This document shows, piece after piece, positions 44,433 through 54,286 of a stretch of 64,000 nt of DNA. A program made the translations under genes and the position numbers. Positions within the stretch are counted from its first letter, which is position 1, and each line of letters opens with the position of its first letter. The notes beneath the pieces were generated by a model, which was given only the letters and a program-made list of their open reading frames with translations, searched no databases and was not told the DNA's origin. This stretch comes from Clostridia bacterium. GTDB taxonomy: Bacteria; Bacillota; Clostridia; Oscillospirales; Acutalibacteraceae. The DNA lies in assembly GCA_017421045.1 (NCBI GenBank), contig JAFQMC010000020.1:23391-87390 (forward strand), written 5' to 3'.

Positions 44433-47201
44433 ATGCCTCAGGATTATAACAGTACATTGAATCTTCCGAAAACCGATTTCCCCATGAGAGCAGGTCTCCC
44501 GCAGAGTGAGCCTGTCACCCTCAAGAAATGGGATGATAATGATGTTTACGGAAAACTGATGGAGAAAAATTCCGGCAAGCCTATGTTTGTGCTGCATGAC
44601 GGACCTCCATATGCAAACGGTAATATACACCTTGGAACAGCTCTTAATAAAGTTCTCAAGGATTTTATCGTAAGATATAAGAATATGTCCGGCTTCTGTG
44701 CGCCTTTTGTTCCCGGTTGGGATACACATGGTCTGCCCACAGAGCTGAAGGCAAGAGCAAAGGCAGGCGTTTCAAGCTCAGATGCTATCTCTGATGTTGA
44801 ACTTCGCCAGATTTGCCGTGACTTTGCTTTGGGTTATCTTGATGACCAGCGCAATCAGTTCAGACGTCTTGGTTGTATCGGAGACTGGGCTGATCCCTAC
44901 ATCACACTCAAGAAAGAGTTCGAAGCTACTCAGATTGAAATCTTTTCTGAGATGGCTCAGAAGGGCTATATTTACAAAGGACTCAAGCCTGTATACTGGT
45001 GTCCCGAGTGTAAAACTGCTCTTGCAGAAGCTGAGATTGAGTATGCAGAGGATCCCTGCTTCTCTATTTATGTTAAGTTCCCCGTAAGCGACGATATGGG
45101 AAAAATCTCTGCACTGGGTGTTGACCCTGCAAAGACATACTTCGTAATCTGGACAACAACTACATGGACACTGCCCGGTAACGTTGCAGTTTGTGTTGGT
45201 CCTGATTTTAATTATTGTGTTATCAAGTCTGGCGAAGAGTTCTTCATTATGGCAGAGGATCTCTACAAGAGTGCATTCGAAGCAGCAGGAATTGAAGATT
45301 ATGAGGTTGTTGCTGAAATTCAGGGTAGCGAGCTTGAGTATATCAAGACAAGACATCCGTTCCTTGACCGCGAGTCTCTCGTAATTGTCGGTGATCATGT
45401 AACACTTGACAGCGGTACAGGTTGTGTTCATACAGCTCCCGGTCACGGTGTTGAGGACTATGATGTTTGCCGCAACTATCCCGAAATTCCCATTATTGTT
45501 CCCGTTGATGCTGACGGCAGACTCACAGAAGAGGCTGGTCAGTTTGCAGGACTTCTCACCGATGACGCAAACAAGCCTATTGCACAGCATCTTGAGAGTC
45601 TGGGACTCCTCTTCGGACTTAAGAAAATCATCCACCAGTATCCTCATTGCTGGAGATGTAAAAAACCCGTTCTTTTCAGAGCAACTGACCAGTGGTTCTG
45701 CTCTGTTGATGATTTTAAAGCTGAAGCCGTTAAGGCAATCAATGATGTAGAGTGGATTCCCGGATGGGGTAAGGATCGAATCACATCCATGGTTCAGGAC
45801 CGCAAAGACTGGTGTATCTCCCGTCAGCGCAGATGGGGTATTCCTATTCCCATCTTCTTCTGTAAAGATTGCGGCGAGCCTTATATCGATAAAGCTGCTA
45901 TGGATGCAGTTGCAGCTCTCTTCCGAGAGGAAGGCTCTGATGTCTGGTATGCAAGAACAGCCGAGGAGATTCTTCCCGAGGGTGCAAAGTGTCGCAAGTG
46001 CGGATGTACATCTTTCGAGAAAGAACGCGACATTATGGACGTTTGGTTTGACAGCGGTGTTACCCATGCTGCCGTTCTCAAAGCAAGACCTAACCTCACA
46101 TGGCCTGCAGACCTGTATCTTGAGGGTGCAGATCAGTACCGCGGTTGGTTCCAGTCCTCACTGCTCACTTCCGTTGCTGTATTCGGTCAGGCTCCCTATA
46201 AGAGTGTGCTTACTCATGGATGGGTTGTTGACGGCGAAGGCAAGAAGATGAGTAAATCTCTCGGTAACGGTATTGATCCTCAGGAGGTTGTTGACCAGTA
46301 CGGCGCAGATGTGCTCCGTCTGTGGGTTGCATCCTCTGACTACCATGTTGATATCCGTATTTCAAAGGAAATACTCAAACAGCTTTCCGAAGCATATAGA
46401 AAAATCAGAAACACAGCAAGATATATCCTTGGAAACATCAGCGACTTTGATCCTGATACCAACAGTGTTGCTATCAGCGACCTTATGCCTATCGACAAGT
46501 GGGCAATCAATAAGCTCAACGAGCTTATGATTAAAGTTAAGGCAGGATACGACTCCTACGAGTTCCATCAGGTGTATCATGCAATTCACAACTTCTGTGT
46601 TGTAGATATGTCCAACTTCTACCTTGATGTTCTCAAGGACAGACTCTACACCGAGAAAGCTGACTCTCACTCCCGTCGTGCTGCTCAGACTGCAATTTAT
46701 ATTATCCTCGATGCAATGACCAGAATGATCGCACCTATACTTGCATATACTTCCGACGAAATCTGGAAATATATGCCTCATCGCTCTGATTCCGATTCTG
46801 AGTGCATCCTCTTCAATCAGATGCCCACACCCATCGAAATCGAGCTTGATGCAGACTTTATCTCCAACTGGGACAGAATTCATGATCTGAGAGATACTGT
46901 CAAGAAGCAGCTCGAAGTAGCTATCAAGGATAAAATGATTAAGTCTTCTCTTGAGGCTTCTGTAACTCTCTGTGCTTCAGGTGCAGACTATGAGTTTATC
47001 AAGTCAGTAGAGAATGAGCTTGCAGCTGCATTCATCGTTTCTCAGGTGGTTGTTTGTGAATCTGATGCCGCAGAGCTTCAGGTTACTGTCAATCGCGCTG
47101 AGGGAGAGAAGTGTGAGCGTTGTTGGGCATTCAGCAAAACTGTTGGTGAGTGCTCCGAACATCCCACTCTTTGTGCAAGATGTGCAGGTGTTATTGAATA
47201 A
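44433..47201 (+). CDS. ileS: Isoleucine--tRNA ligase (type 1)
   Basis: HDGPPYANG, WTTT.WTLP, WCISRQR.WG, KMSKS, C-terminal KCERCW. Confidence 0.96.
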   Translation: MPQDYNSTLNLPKTDFPMRAGLPQSEPVTLKKWDDNDVYGKLMEKNSGKPMFVLHDGPPYANGNIHLGTALNKVLKDFIVRYKNMSGFCAPFVPGWDTHGLPTELKARAKAGVSSSDAISDVELRQICRDFALGYLDDQRNQFRRLGCIGDWADPYITLKKEFEATQIEIFSEMAQKGYIYKGLKPVYWCPECKTALAEAEIEYAEDPCFSIYVKFPVSDDMGKISALGVDPAKTYFVIWTTTTWTLPGNVAVCVGPDFNYCVIKSGEEFFIMAEDLYKSAFEAAGIEDYEVVAEIQGSELEYIKTRHPFLDRESLVIVGDHVTLDSGTGCVHTAPGHGVEDYDVCRNYPEIPIIVPVDADGRLTEEAGQFAGLLTDDANKPIAQHLESLGLLFGLKKIIHQYPHCWRCKKPVLFRATDQWFCSVDDFKAEAVKAINDVEWIPGWGKDRITSMVQDRKDWCISRQRRWGIPIPIFFCKDCGEPYIDKAAMDAVAALFREEGSDVWYARTAEEILPEGAKCRKCGCTSFEKERDIMDVWFDSGVTHAAVLKARPNLTWPADLYLEGADQYRGWFQSSLLTSVAVFGQAPYKSVLTHGWVVDGEGKKMSKSLGNGIDPQEVVDQYGADVLRLWVASSDYHVDIRISKEILKQLSEAYRKIRNTARYILGNISDFDPDTNSVAISDLMPIDKWAINKLNELMIKVKAGYDSYEFHQVYHAIHNFCVVDMSNFYLDVLKDRLYTEKADSHSRRAAQTAIYIILDAMTRMIAPILAYTSDEIWKYMPHRSDSDSECILFNQMPTPIEIELDADFISNWDRIHDLRDTVKKQLEVAIKDKMIKSSLEASVTLCASGADYEFIKSVENELAAAFIVSQVVVCESDAAELQVTVNRAEGEKCERCWAFSKTVGECSEHPTLCARCAGVIE

Positions 47202-47263
47202 TTCACAAAAGCCAAAGCGGTGTATTTTATGCACCGCTTGACCTTTGTTATGGAGGATTTACT

Positions 47264-47758
47264 TTGATTATCGCTCTTATTGTTGCAATAGTTCTTGTTG
47301 CAATAGACCAAATTTCAAAATATTTAATTGTACAGAATATGGCGCTCGGTGAAAGTATGACCGTTATACCCGGTGTTTTGAATTTCACATATTCTCATAA
47401 TGACGGCATGGCACTTGGTATCGGCTCTGAAAGTTTCCGATGGATATTTGTAGGTGTTACTGTCTTAGTCTGCGGTGTTCTCATCTATCTTATGTTCCGT
47501 CCCGATTTCAAAAGCAAGGTGTATTATGCTTCCGTTGTGCTTATTGTCAGTGGCGGTATAGGTAATCTCATTGACCGCGTTGTCAATGGCTATGTGGTTG
47601 ATTTTCTGGCGCTTTCATTCTTTCCGCCAATTTGTAATTTCGCCGATTACTGCGTCACAGCAGGAACAGTCTTACTTGTTATATTCATTGTTTTTTACTA
47701 TGGAAAAAACAATAAGAAGGTACAGGAATCTGTAGAAATAGTGCACGACAATGACTAA
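47264..47758 (+). CDS. lspA: Lipoprotein signal peptidase (TTG start)
   Basis: DQISK, GNLIDR, VVDF, NFAD. Confidence 0.92.
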   Translation: MIIALIVAIVLVAIDQISKYLIVQNMALGESMTVIPGVLNFTYSHNDGMALGIGSESFRWIFVGVTVLVCGVLIYLMFRPDFKSKVYYASVVLIVSGGIGNLIDRVVNGYVVDFLALSFFPPICNFADYCVTAGTVLLVIFIVFYYGKNNKKVQESVEIVHDND

Positions 47759-48674
47759 TATCGAGTACAACTTAGCTGTAACTTCAGAGTCAGCGGGGAA
47801 GAGGATTGATAAATTCCTCTCTGAGAATATTGATGGCAAGTCTCGGAGTTTTCTGGCTTCTCTTGTTGAAGATGGTCAGGTTCTTGTCAACGGGAAGAAT
47901 CCGAGTAAAAGCTACAAACTTGCTGAGGGCGATGTTGTTTTTGTCACAGTGCCTGAGTCTGTAGAGCTTGAAGCTGTGCCTGAGGATATCCCTCTGGATA
48001 TAGTTTATGAAGACGATGACTTAATAGTCGTGAATAAACCCAAGGGTATGGTCGTGCATCCTGCAGCAGGAAACCCCAACGGAACCTTGGTCAACGCTTT
48101 GCTATATCATTGCAAGGGACAGCTCTCGGGAATCAACGGGGTTTTGCGTCCGGGAATTGTCCACAGGATTGATAAGAACACAAGCGGTCTTCTCGTTGTT
48201 GCTAAGTCTGACAGAGCTCACTATTCACTCTCTGAGCAGATAAAAGATCACAGCATGACACGAGAGTACCGAGCTGTTATATATGGTCATCTGAAGGATT
48301 CCGAAGGTGTGATAGATGCGCCCATAGGCCGTGCTTCTGCTGACAGAAAACGTATGTGTGTAACTGACATAAACTCAAAACACGCAATAACTCACTATAA
48401 AGTTATTGAGGTGTTCAGAGGATATTCATATATCAGTTGCAGACTTGAAACAGGCAGAACTCATCAGATCCGAGTTCATATGTCCTATATAGGTCATCCT
48501 CTTGCAGGTGATGATGTCTACGGACCTAAAAAAGCTATAACCGAGCTTTCCGGTCAATGCCTGCATGCTATAAAACTTGGATTTATCCATCCGGTAACAG
48601 GAGAGTACATGGAGTTTTCTTCTGAGTTGCCTGAATATTTTGAAAAGTTCCTCGGAAAAATCCGTAATTCTTAA
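47751..48674 (+). CDS. RluA/RluD-family pseudouridine synthase
   Basis: S4 domain, NKPKGMVVHP, VHRIDKNTSG, TGRTHQIRVH. Confidence 0.92.
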   Translation: MTNIEYNLAVTSESAGKRIDKFLSENIDGKSRSFLASLVEDGQVLVNGKNPSKSYKLAEGDVVFVTVPESVELEAVPEDIPLDIVYEDDDLIVVNKPKGMVVHPAAGNPNGTLVNALLYHCKGQLSGINGVLRPGIVHRIDKNTSGLLVVAKSDRAHYSLSEQIKDHSMTREYRAVIYGHLKDSEGVIDAPIGRASADRKRMCVTDINSKHAITHYKVIEVFRGYSYISCRLETGRTHQIRVHMSYIGHPLAGDDVYGPKKAITELSGQCLHAIKLGFIHPVTGEYMEFSSELPEYFEKFLGKIRNS

Positions 48675-48708
48675 AAAATATTCTTTTTTCTAATTTGTAA
48701 AAAAACAC

Positions 48709-48737
48709 TTGCAAATTCAGATTATGTGTGTTATTAT
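48709..48737 (+). promoter_or_regulatory. sigma-A promoter of rplS
   Basis: TTGCAA, 17 nt, TG-n-TATTAT. Confidence 0.65.
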
Positions 48738-48756
48738 ATTGTAGTATTTGAATTTC

Positions 48757-48841
48757 CGTCGTACTCTGCGACGAGTTCAATGATAGCGGCACAGCCGCAA
48801 AATTGATATGGATAGTCCTCTGCCGAAAGGTATGAATTTCC
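48757..48841 (+). promoter_or_regulatory. Structured rplS leader (L19-leader-like)
   Basis: GGATAGTCCTCTGCCGAAAGGTATGAATTTCC element before the RBS plus two upstream hairpins. Confidence 0.6.
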
Positions 48842-48865
48842 GAAAAAATATTTGGAGGTCATAAA

Positions 48866-49213
48866 ATGGACGCATTAAAAACAATTTCCGCAAGCTCAAT
48901 CAAGAGCGAAAAGCCCGAGTTCTCTATCGGTGATACAGTAAAGGTTGCTGTTAATATCCGTGAAGGTGAGAGAGAGAGAATTCAGATGTTCGAGGGTACT
49001 GTTATCGCAAAGCGCGGCAGCGGTGTTTCCGAGACATTTACAGTAAGACGTGTTTCCTACGGCGTAGGTGTAGAGAGAGTATTCCCTGTACATTCTCCCA
49101 ATGTTACCGATGTTCAGATTATCAGACGCGGTAAGGTTCGCAGAAGCAAGCTCTACTATCTCCGCGATAGAGTTGGTAAGGCTGCTAAGGTTAAGGAAGC
49201 AATCAAAAAGTAA
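48866..49213 (+). CDS. rplS: 50S ribosomal protein L19
   Basis: [30 protein letters not shown]. Confidence 0.97.
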   Translation: MDALKTISASSIKSEKPEFSIGDTVKVAVNIREGERERIQMFEGTVIAKRGSGVSETFTVRRVSYGVGVERVFPVHSPNVTDVQIIRRGKVRRSKLYYLRDRVGKAAKVKEAIKK

Positions 49214-49217
49214 TTTG

Positions 49218-49243
49218 AAAAAGGGACTACTGTCCCTTTTTTT
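49218..49243 (+). terminator. Intrinsic terminator after rplS
   Basis: AAAAAGGGAC-TACT-GTCCCTTTTT. Confidence 0.75.
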
Positions 49244-49263
49244 ACTATCATTCAGGTGATGAT

Positions 49264-49881
49264 ATGAAAAAAATCGATCTTGACGAATACGATATCGATA
49301 TACAGGATGAGTCCTATGTTGAGGATGATGAAGCGAAAGTACAGGTTGAACCTAACAAATCATCGGTGACAACAGCACTTTATGAGTGGATGCACTCTAT
49401 TGTTGTAGCTATTGTCATTGTTGTTTTGTTGCTCACCTTTGTTTTCAGACTTGTCAACATTGACGGAACATCTATGTGTAACACACTTTTAAATGAAGAT
49501 AAGGTTATTATCACCAATTTCTTCTACGAGCCCGAGGTTGGAGATGTTGTTGTTATTCCTGCAGGTAAGTATTACGACAAGCCCATTATCAAGCGTATTA
49601 TAGCTTTGGAGGGTCAGCAGGTATATATCAACTATCAGACTTGCGAAGTTTTTGTTGATGGGGTACTTCTTGACGAAGAGTATATCTCTTCTGATACTAT
49701 CAACAAAACAGGTGAGACAGAGGTTTCTTTGACTGTCGCAGATGGCGAGGCTTTCATCATGGGTGATAATCGCGAAGTTTCCTATGATAGCCGATATTTC
49801 GGTTGTGTAAGTGTGGATGACATTATCGGTAAAGCACAATTTGTTATTTTTCCCTTTAATAATTTCGGTTATTTATACTGA
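49264..49881 (+). CDS. lepB: Signal peptidase I
   Basis: GTSM, IKRI, GDNR..S.DSR.FG. Confidence 0.92.
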   Translation: MKKIDLDEYDIDIQDESYVEDDEAKVQVEPNKSSVTTALYEWMHSIVVAIVIVVLLLTFVFRLVNIDGTSMCNTLLNEDKVIITNFFYEPEVGDVVVIPAGKYYDKPIIKRIIALEGQQVYINYQTCEVFVDGVLLDEEYISSDTINKTGETEVSLTVADGEAFIMGDNREVSYDSRYFGCVSVDDIIGKAQFVIFPFNNFGYLY

Positions 49882-49890
49882 TACAAAATC

Positions 49891-49921
49891 AAAGCTTACA
49901 TCAACACTGATGTAAGCTTTT
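49891..49921 (+). terminator. Terminator-like hairpin after lepB
   Basis: AAAGCTTACATCA-ACAC-TGATGTAAGCTTT. Confidence 0.6.
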
Positions 49922-49938
49922 GTGTTTTAGGTGATTAT

Positions 49939-50817
49939 ATGAGTACAAATCAGAACATACAATGGTTTCCCGGTCATATGACCAAAACAAAAAGAATGAT
50001 TGAGGCATCACTTAAATTAGTAGATGCAGTGGTAGAGATCAAGGATGCCAGAATCCCCATTTCCTCCACAAACCCTGATATTGACGGATTGGTTGGCAAC
50101 AAACCCCGCATCATTCTTCTCAATAAATGCGATATGGCAGATCCTGCTTCAACCGCAAAATGGATTGATTACTATGGTAAGAAGGGTATACGCGCCCTTG
50201 CCATTGATTGCAGAAGTGGTAAAGGTCTCGATCGCTTTATTCCCGAATGCAGAAAACTTTTGAAAAGCTATATCGAGAAAAAACAGGCTAAGGGTATCAA
50301 GAATCCGTCCGTCCGTGTTATGATTGTAGGCATTCCCAATGTGGGAAAATCTTCTTTCATAAACCGAGTTGTCAAGAAAAATCGGGCCAAGGTCGAAGAC
50401 AGACCGGGTGTTACCCGAGGAAATCAGTGGTTTACTCTTGACAGAGGCTTTGAGTTGCTGGATACACCGGGCGTGCTGTGGCCTAAGTTCGAGGATCAGC
50501 TCGTGGGAGAGCGCCTTGCTTTCACCGGAGCAGTAAAAGATCAGATATTGGATACAGAGCTTCTCGCAGTGAGACTTCTTGACTTGCTTAAGGGAATTAA
50601 ACCCAAGAATTTTATTGAGCGTTTTTCCCTTGATGCTGAAACTGTTCAGGATATTGATTCGTATGAACTTTTACAGCTTATCGGTAAGAAGCGCGGTATG
50701 CTTATTTCGGGCGGCGAGGTCAACACTGAACGAGCATCGGCTATGCTTTTGGATGAGTTCAGAGCAGCAAAGCTCGGTCGCGTAACTCTTGAGTTCCCAA
50801 TGGATTCAGAGGAGTAA
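49939..50817 (+). CDS. rbgA: Ribosome biogenesis GTPase YlqF/RbgA
   Basis: IQWFPGHM, NKCD, GIPNVGKSS, PGVT, DTPG. Confidence 0.95.
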   Translation: MSTNQNIQWFPGHMTKTKRMIEASLKLVDAVVEIKDARIPISSTNPDIDGLVGNKPRIILLNKCDMADPASTAKWIDYYGKKGIRALAIDCRSGKGLDRFIPECRKLLKSYIEKKQAKGIKNPSVRVMIVGIPNVGKSSFINRVVKKNRAKVEDRPGVTRGNQWFTLDRGFELLDTPGVLWPKFEDQLVGERLAFTGAVKDQILDTELLAVRLLDLLKGIKPKNFIERFSLDAETVQDIDSYELLQLIGKKRGMLISGGEVNTERASAMLLDEFRAAKLGRVTLEFPMDSEE

Positions 50818-50820
50818 TTT

Positions 50821-51420
50821 ATGGATTGGTTAGAATTTGAAAATTACGCTTTAGCTCGCGGATATAAAAGCATCTGCGGTGTTGATGAGGCGGGCAGAGG
50901 GCCCCTTGCAGGTCCTGTTTGCGCCGCTGCCGTTATACTGCCTGAAGGCCTCATCCTCGATGGAGTCAACGACTCCAAAAAGCTCACAGAAAAGAAGAGA
51001 GAACAGCTTTTCGACGTAGTAACAGACTCCGCTGTTTCCTACAATATTGCTTATGCCACCGTTGAGGAGATAGAGGAGTTTAATATCCTCAACGCTACTA
51101 TGCTTGCTATGAAGCGCGCTGTAGAGGGTCTTGATATTCCTGCAGACTTTGCATATATTGACGGCAATAGGACTCCTGAACTCAGCATTCCATGTGAGTA
51201 TATCATAAAGGGTGATGCACGCAGTATGTCTGTAGCTGCTGCTTCGATTCTTGCAAAAGTATCCCGAGACAGACTTATGTTGCAATATGCAGAGGATTAT
51301 CCTCAGTATTGCTTTGAAAAGCATAAAGGCTATGGAACCAAATTGCATACAGAAATGATCAGAGAGCACGGACCCAGCCCGATTCATCGTATGAGCTTTC
51401 TGAAAAATATTCTTAAATAA
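50821..51420 (+). CDS. rnhB: Ribonuclease HII
   Basis: GVDEAGRGPLAGPV, DSKKL, KGD, AASILAKV. Confidence 0.95.
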   Translation: MDWLEFENYALARGYKSICGVDEAGRGPLAGPVCAAAVILPEGLILDGVNDSKKLTEKKREQLFDVVTDSAVSYNIAYATVEEIEEFNILNATMLAMKRAVEGLDIPADFAYIDGNRTPELSIPCEYIIKGDARSMSVAAASILAKVSRDRLMLQYAEDYPQYCFEKHKGYGTKLHTEMIREHGPSPIHRMSFLKNILK

Positions 51421-51432
51421 ATGAAAAGATAA

Positions 51433-51825
51433 ATGAAAAAGTTAAATACAATCTCCAAAGGTGCACAAGGCGAAGATTACGTCTCAAACTATCTTAAGAA
51501 GAAAAAGTATCGAATCATTGAACGCAATATGAGAAATAAGTATTCTGAGATTGACATCATCGCAGAGAATAAGGAGTATATTATTTTTGTTGAGGTCAAA
51601 TCCAGAACTGGTGAATACCCCTTGCGACCGCTGTATGCTGTCGGAAAACAAAAGCAGCATAAAATCCTTCTGGCTGCACATTATTACCTGACTACAACAG
51701 AGCGCAAAAAACAGCCGAGATTCGACGTTGCAGAAGTGTTTATTGATGAAAAAACTCTGAAGCCCTATAAGGTGAATTATATTGAAAACGCATTCTCACA
51801 AGGAGGAGATTATGCAGTTTTTTGA
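51433..51825 (+). CDS. YraN-family (UPF0102) nuclease-like protein
   Basis: GE, EIDIIA, FVEVKSR, RFDV, IENAF. Confidence 0.88.
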   Translation: MKKLNTISKGAQGEDYVSNYLKKKKYRIIERNMRNKYSEIDIIAENKEYIIFVEVKSRTGEYPLRPLYAVGKQKQHKILLAAHYYLTTTERKKQPRFDVAEVFIDEKTLKPYKVNYIENAFSQGGDYAVF

Positions 51826-52714
51826 TTTGCACTGCGATACTCTGTACAAGGCTTTCTCTTTGAATAAAACCCTTGATGAAGACAGCTTCGATATCTCCGT
51901 CAGCAGAGGCAAACGATTCAAAAAATGGTGCGAGTGTATGGCGGTGTGGTTGCCTGATGATATAGCGCAGGAGGAAGCGTTGAAGCTCTTTCAGGGTGCA
52001 TATTGTAAGCTTTTAAGAGAGGCTGAGAGATTTGGAATATCTGTTGCTGAGAATTCTCTCGGAGATTCCGCTCATAACTTTCTGTTTACAGTGGAAAACG
52101 GAGCTTTTCTCAATGGTAATCTCGACAACATACAGTTGCTTTCTGACTGCAGTGTTCGTATGATTATCCTGACATGGAATGCTGAAAACTGTATTGGCGG
52201 CGGAGCCGATACACCGGAAGTTGGTCTTAAACCTTTCGGAAGAGCTTGTGTAGAACAGCTTGAAAAAGCCTCTATTGTTATTGATATTTCTCACGCAAGC
52301 GATAGACTGTTTTACGACGTGCTGGAGCATACTCAAAAGCCGATAGTTGCATCACATTCTAATTCCCGCTCGATATGTAATCACAGACGAAACCTTACAG
52401 ATGATCAATTTATTCAGATCTCTCAGCGAAATGGTTTGGTCGGTCTCAATTTTCACAGGGAATTTTTGTCTGAAACACCTTCTGAGGCATCAGTAAAAGA
52501 TGTATTGCTGAATGCTGAACATTTCCTTTCACTTGGTGGGGAAGATGTTTTGAGCATCGGTTCGGATTATGACGGGAGTGACGTTCCCAAAACCCTCAAA
52601 GGCATTGAAAAAATCGGGGTTTTGTACGAAGAGTTCCTGAAAATCGGATATAATGAGCAACTTGTACAAAAAATACTATACTATAATGCGCATAATTTCT
52701 TTAGCAGATTTTGA
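51812..52714 (+). CDS. Membrane dipeptidase (M19) family protein
   Basis: DLHCDT, LTWN, IDISH, ASHSN, HRRNL.D, GSDYDG. Confidence 0.87.
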   Translation: MQFFDLHCDTLYKAFSLNKTLDEDSFDISVSRGKRFKKWCECMAVWLPDDIAQEEALKLFQGAYCKLLREAERFGISVAENSLGDSAHNFLFTVENGAFLNGNLDNIQLLSDCSVRMIILTWNAENCIGGGADTPEVGLKPFGRACVEQLEKASIVIDISHASDRLFYDVLEHTQKPIVASHSNSRSICNHRRNLTDDQFIQISQRNGLVGLNFHREFLSETPSEASVKDVLLNAEHFLSLGGEDVLSIGSDYDGSDVPKTLKGIEKIGVLYEEFLKIGYNEQLVQKILYYNAHNFFSRF

Positions 52715-52739
52715 CTTTTGCTTCATAATAGTGTAAAAT
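52711..52739 (+). promoter_or_regulatory. sigma-A promoter of thrC
   Basis: TTGACT, 17 nt, TAAAAT. Confidence 0.65.
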
Positions 52740-52777
52740 AATATATTATTCGCATAGAAAGGGTGGTTGGTAATTTT

Positions 52778-54286
52778 ATGATGTACACCAGCACACAGAA
52801 TAATAACGAGTCAGTGTCTTCAGCACAAGCTATCGCTCAGGGAATTTCCCGCGATGGAGGCTTGTTTGTTCCCGATACTTTCCCTAAGTACGACGGCGTA
52901 ACATTTGAGACACTTCTTAAACTGGACTATAGAGAAAGAGCTAAGAAAATCCTCTCTGATTATCTTACTGATTTCACAGCAGAAGAAATTGCAGATTGTG
53001 TTGATAAAGCTTACACTGCCGAGAAATTCGGTTCTGACAATCCTGCGCCGATTGTCTCTGTAGACTATAAGAATACCGAGCTTAACATTCTTGAGCTCTG
53101 GCATGGTCCTACTTGTGCATTCAAGGATATGGCACTTCAGATTCTTCCGCATCTTCTCACAAAGTCTCTGAAGAAAACTGCAGACGGCAAGAAGGCTGTT
53201 ATTCTTGTTGCTACTTCAGGCGACACAGGTAAGGCTGCTCTCGAAGGTTTCAAGGACGTCGAAAACACTGAGATTATTGTTTTCTATCCCAGCGATGGTG
53301 TAAGCCCCATGCAAAAGCATCAGATGAACACTACAGGCGGTAACAACGTCGGTGTTTGTGCTATCAAAGGTAACTTTGACGATGCTCAGACCGGTGTTAA
53401 GAATATTTTCACTACCGATGAGGTTATAGATTCTCTTGAGAAGAACGGTCTTATGTTCTCCAGTGCAAACTCCATAAACTGGGGCCGACTTCTTCCTCAG
53501 ATAGTTTACTATGTTTCCGCTTACTGCGACATGGTAAATGCCGGCAAGATTAAACTCGGTGACAAAATCAACATCGTTGTTCCGACAGGTAACTTCGGCA
53601 ACATCCTCGCAGCATATTTTGCTTATTCCATGGGAATGCCCGTTAACAAGCTTATCTGTGCATCTAACTCAAACAATGTTCTGACAGATTTTATCAATAG
53701 CGGTGTTTATAATAAAAACCGTGATTTTATCACCACCGTATCTCCCTCTATGGATATTCTGGTTTCCAGCAACCTGGAGAGACTTCTCTATATTCTCTCA
53801 GGCAGAAATGATGCCGAGACCAAGAAATATATGACAGCTCTCAAGACTCAGGGTGAGTATGCTGTCAGCGAGAATATCAAAAATGTTGTAACAGAGATGT
53901 TCAGCGGCGGATATTGTTCAGAGGATGAAACTCTTGATACTATCGCTTCTCTCTATGAGAACAGCAACTATCTCTGCGACACACACACAGCTGTTGCAGT
54001 TAATGTGTATGATAAATACCTTAGCGAAACAGGGGATAATACACCTGCTGTTATCGCGTCAACAGCAAGTCCCTATAAATTCTCACGTGCAGTTCTTTCT
54101 GCTGTTGAAGGACAGGAAGTAACCGATACTGACGAGTTCGCAATCGTGGACAGAATGAACGATAAAACAGGAGTTGCTATTCCTGCGCCTCTTGAAGCTA
54201 CCAGAACTATGGATGATCGTTTCAGTGATGTTATTGATCCTGCTGATATGCCTCAGTATGTCCTCAGTTCTCTGGGACTTAAATAA
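52778..54286 (+). CDS. thrC: Threonine synthase
   Basis: ELWHGPTCAFKD, ATSGDTG, SANSINWGR, VPTGNFGN. Confidence 0.94.
   Translation: MMYTSTQNNNESVSSAQAIAQGISRDGGLFVPDTFPKYDGVTFETLLKLDYRERAKKILSDYLTDFTAEEIADCVDKAYTAEKFGSDNPAPIVSVDYKNTELNILELWHGPTCAFKDMALQILPHLLTKSLKKTADGKKAVILVATSGDTGKAALEGFKDVENTEIIVFYPSDGVSPMQKHQMNTTGGNNVGVCAIKGNFDDAQTGVKNIFTTDEVIDSLEKNGLMFSSANSINWGRLLPQIVYYVSAYCDMVNAGKIKLGDKINIVVPTGNFGNILAAYFAYSMGMPVNKLICASNSNNVLTDFINSGVYNKNRDFITTVSPSMDILVSSNLERLLYILSGRNDAETKKYMTALKTQGEYAVSENIKNVVTEMFSGGYCSEDETLDTIASLYENSNYLCDTHTAVAVNVYDKYLSETGDNTPAVIASTASPYKFSRAVLSAVEGQEVTDTDEFAIVDRMNDKTGVAIPAPLEATRTMDDRFSDVIDPADMPQYVLSSLGLK

Noticed and set aside
52757-52772. AAGGGTGGT before thrC resembles a T-box core
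   Set aside because: Lacks the ACC/GCG continuation, terminator and space for stem I; better read as the RBS
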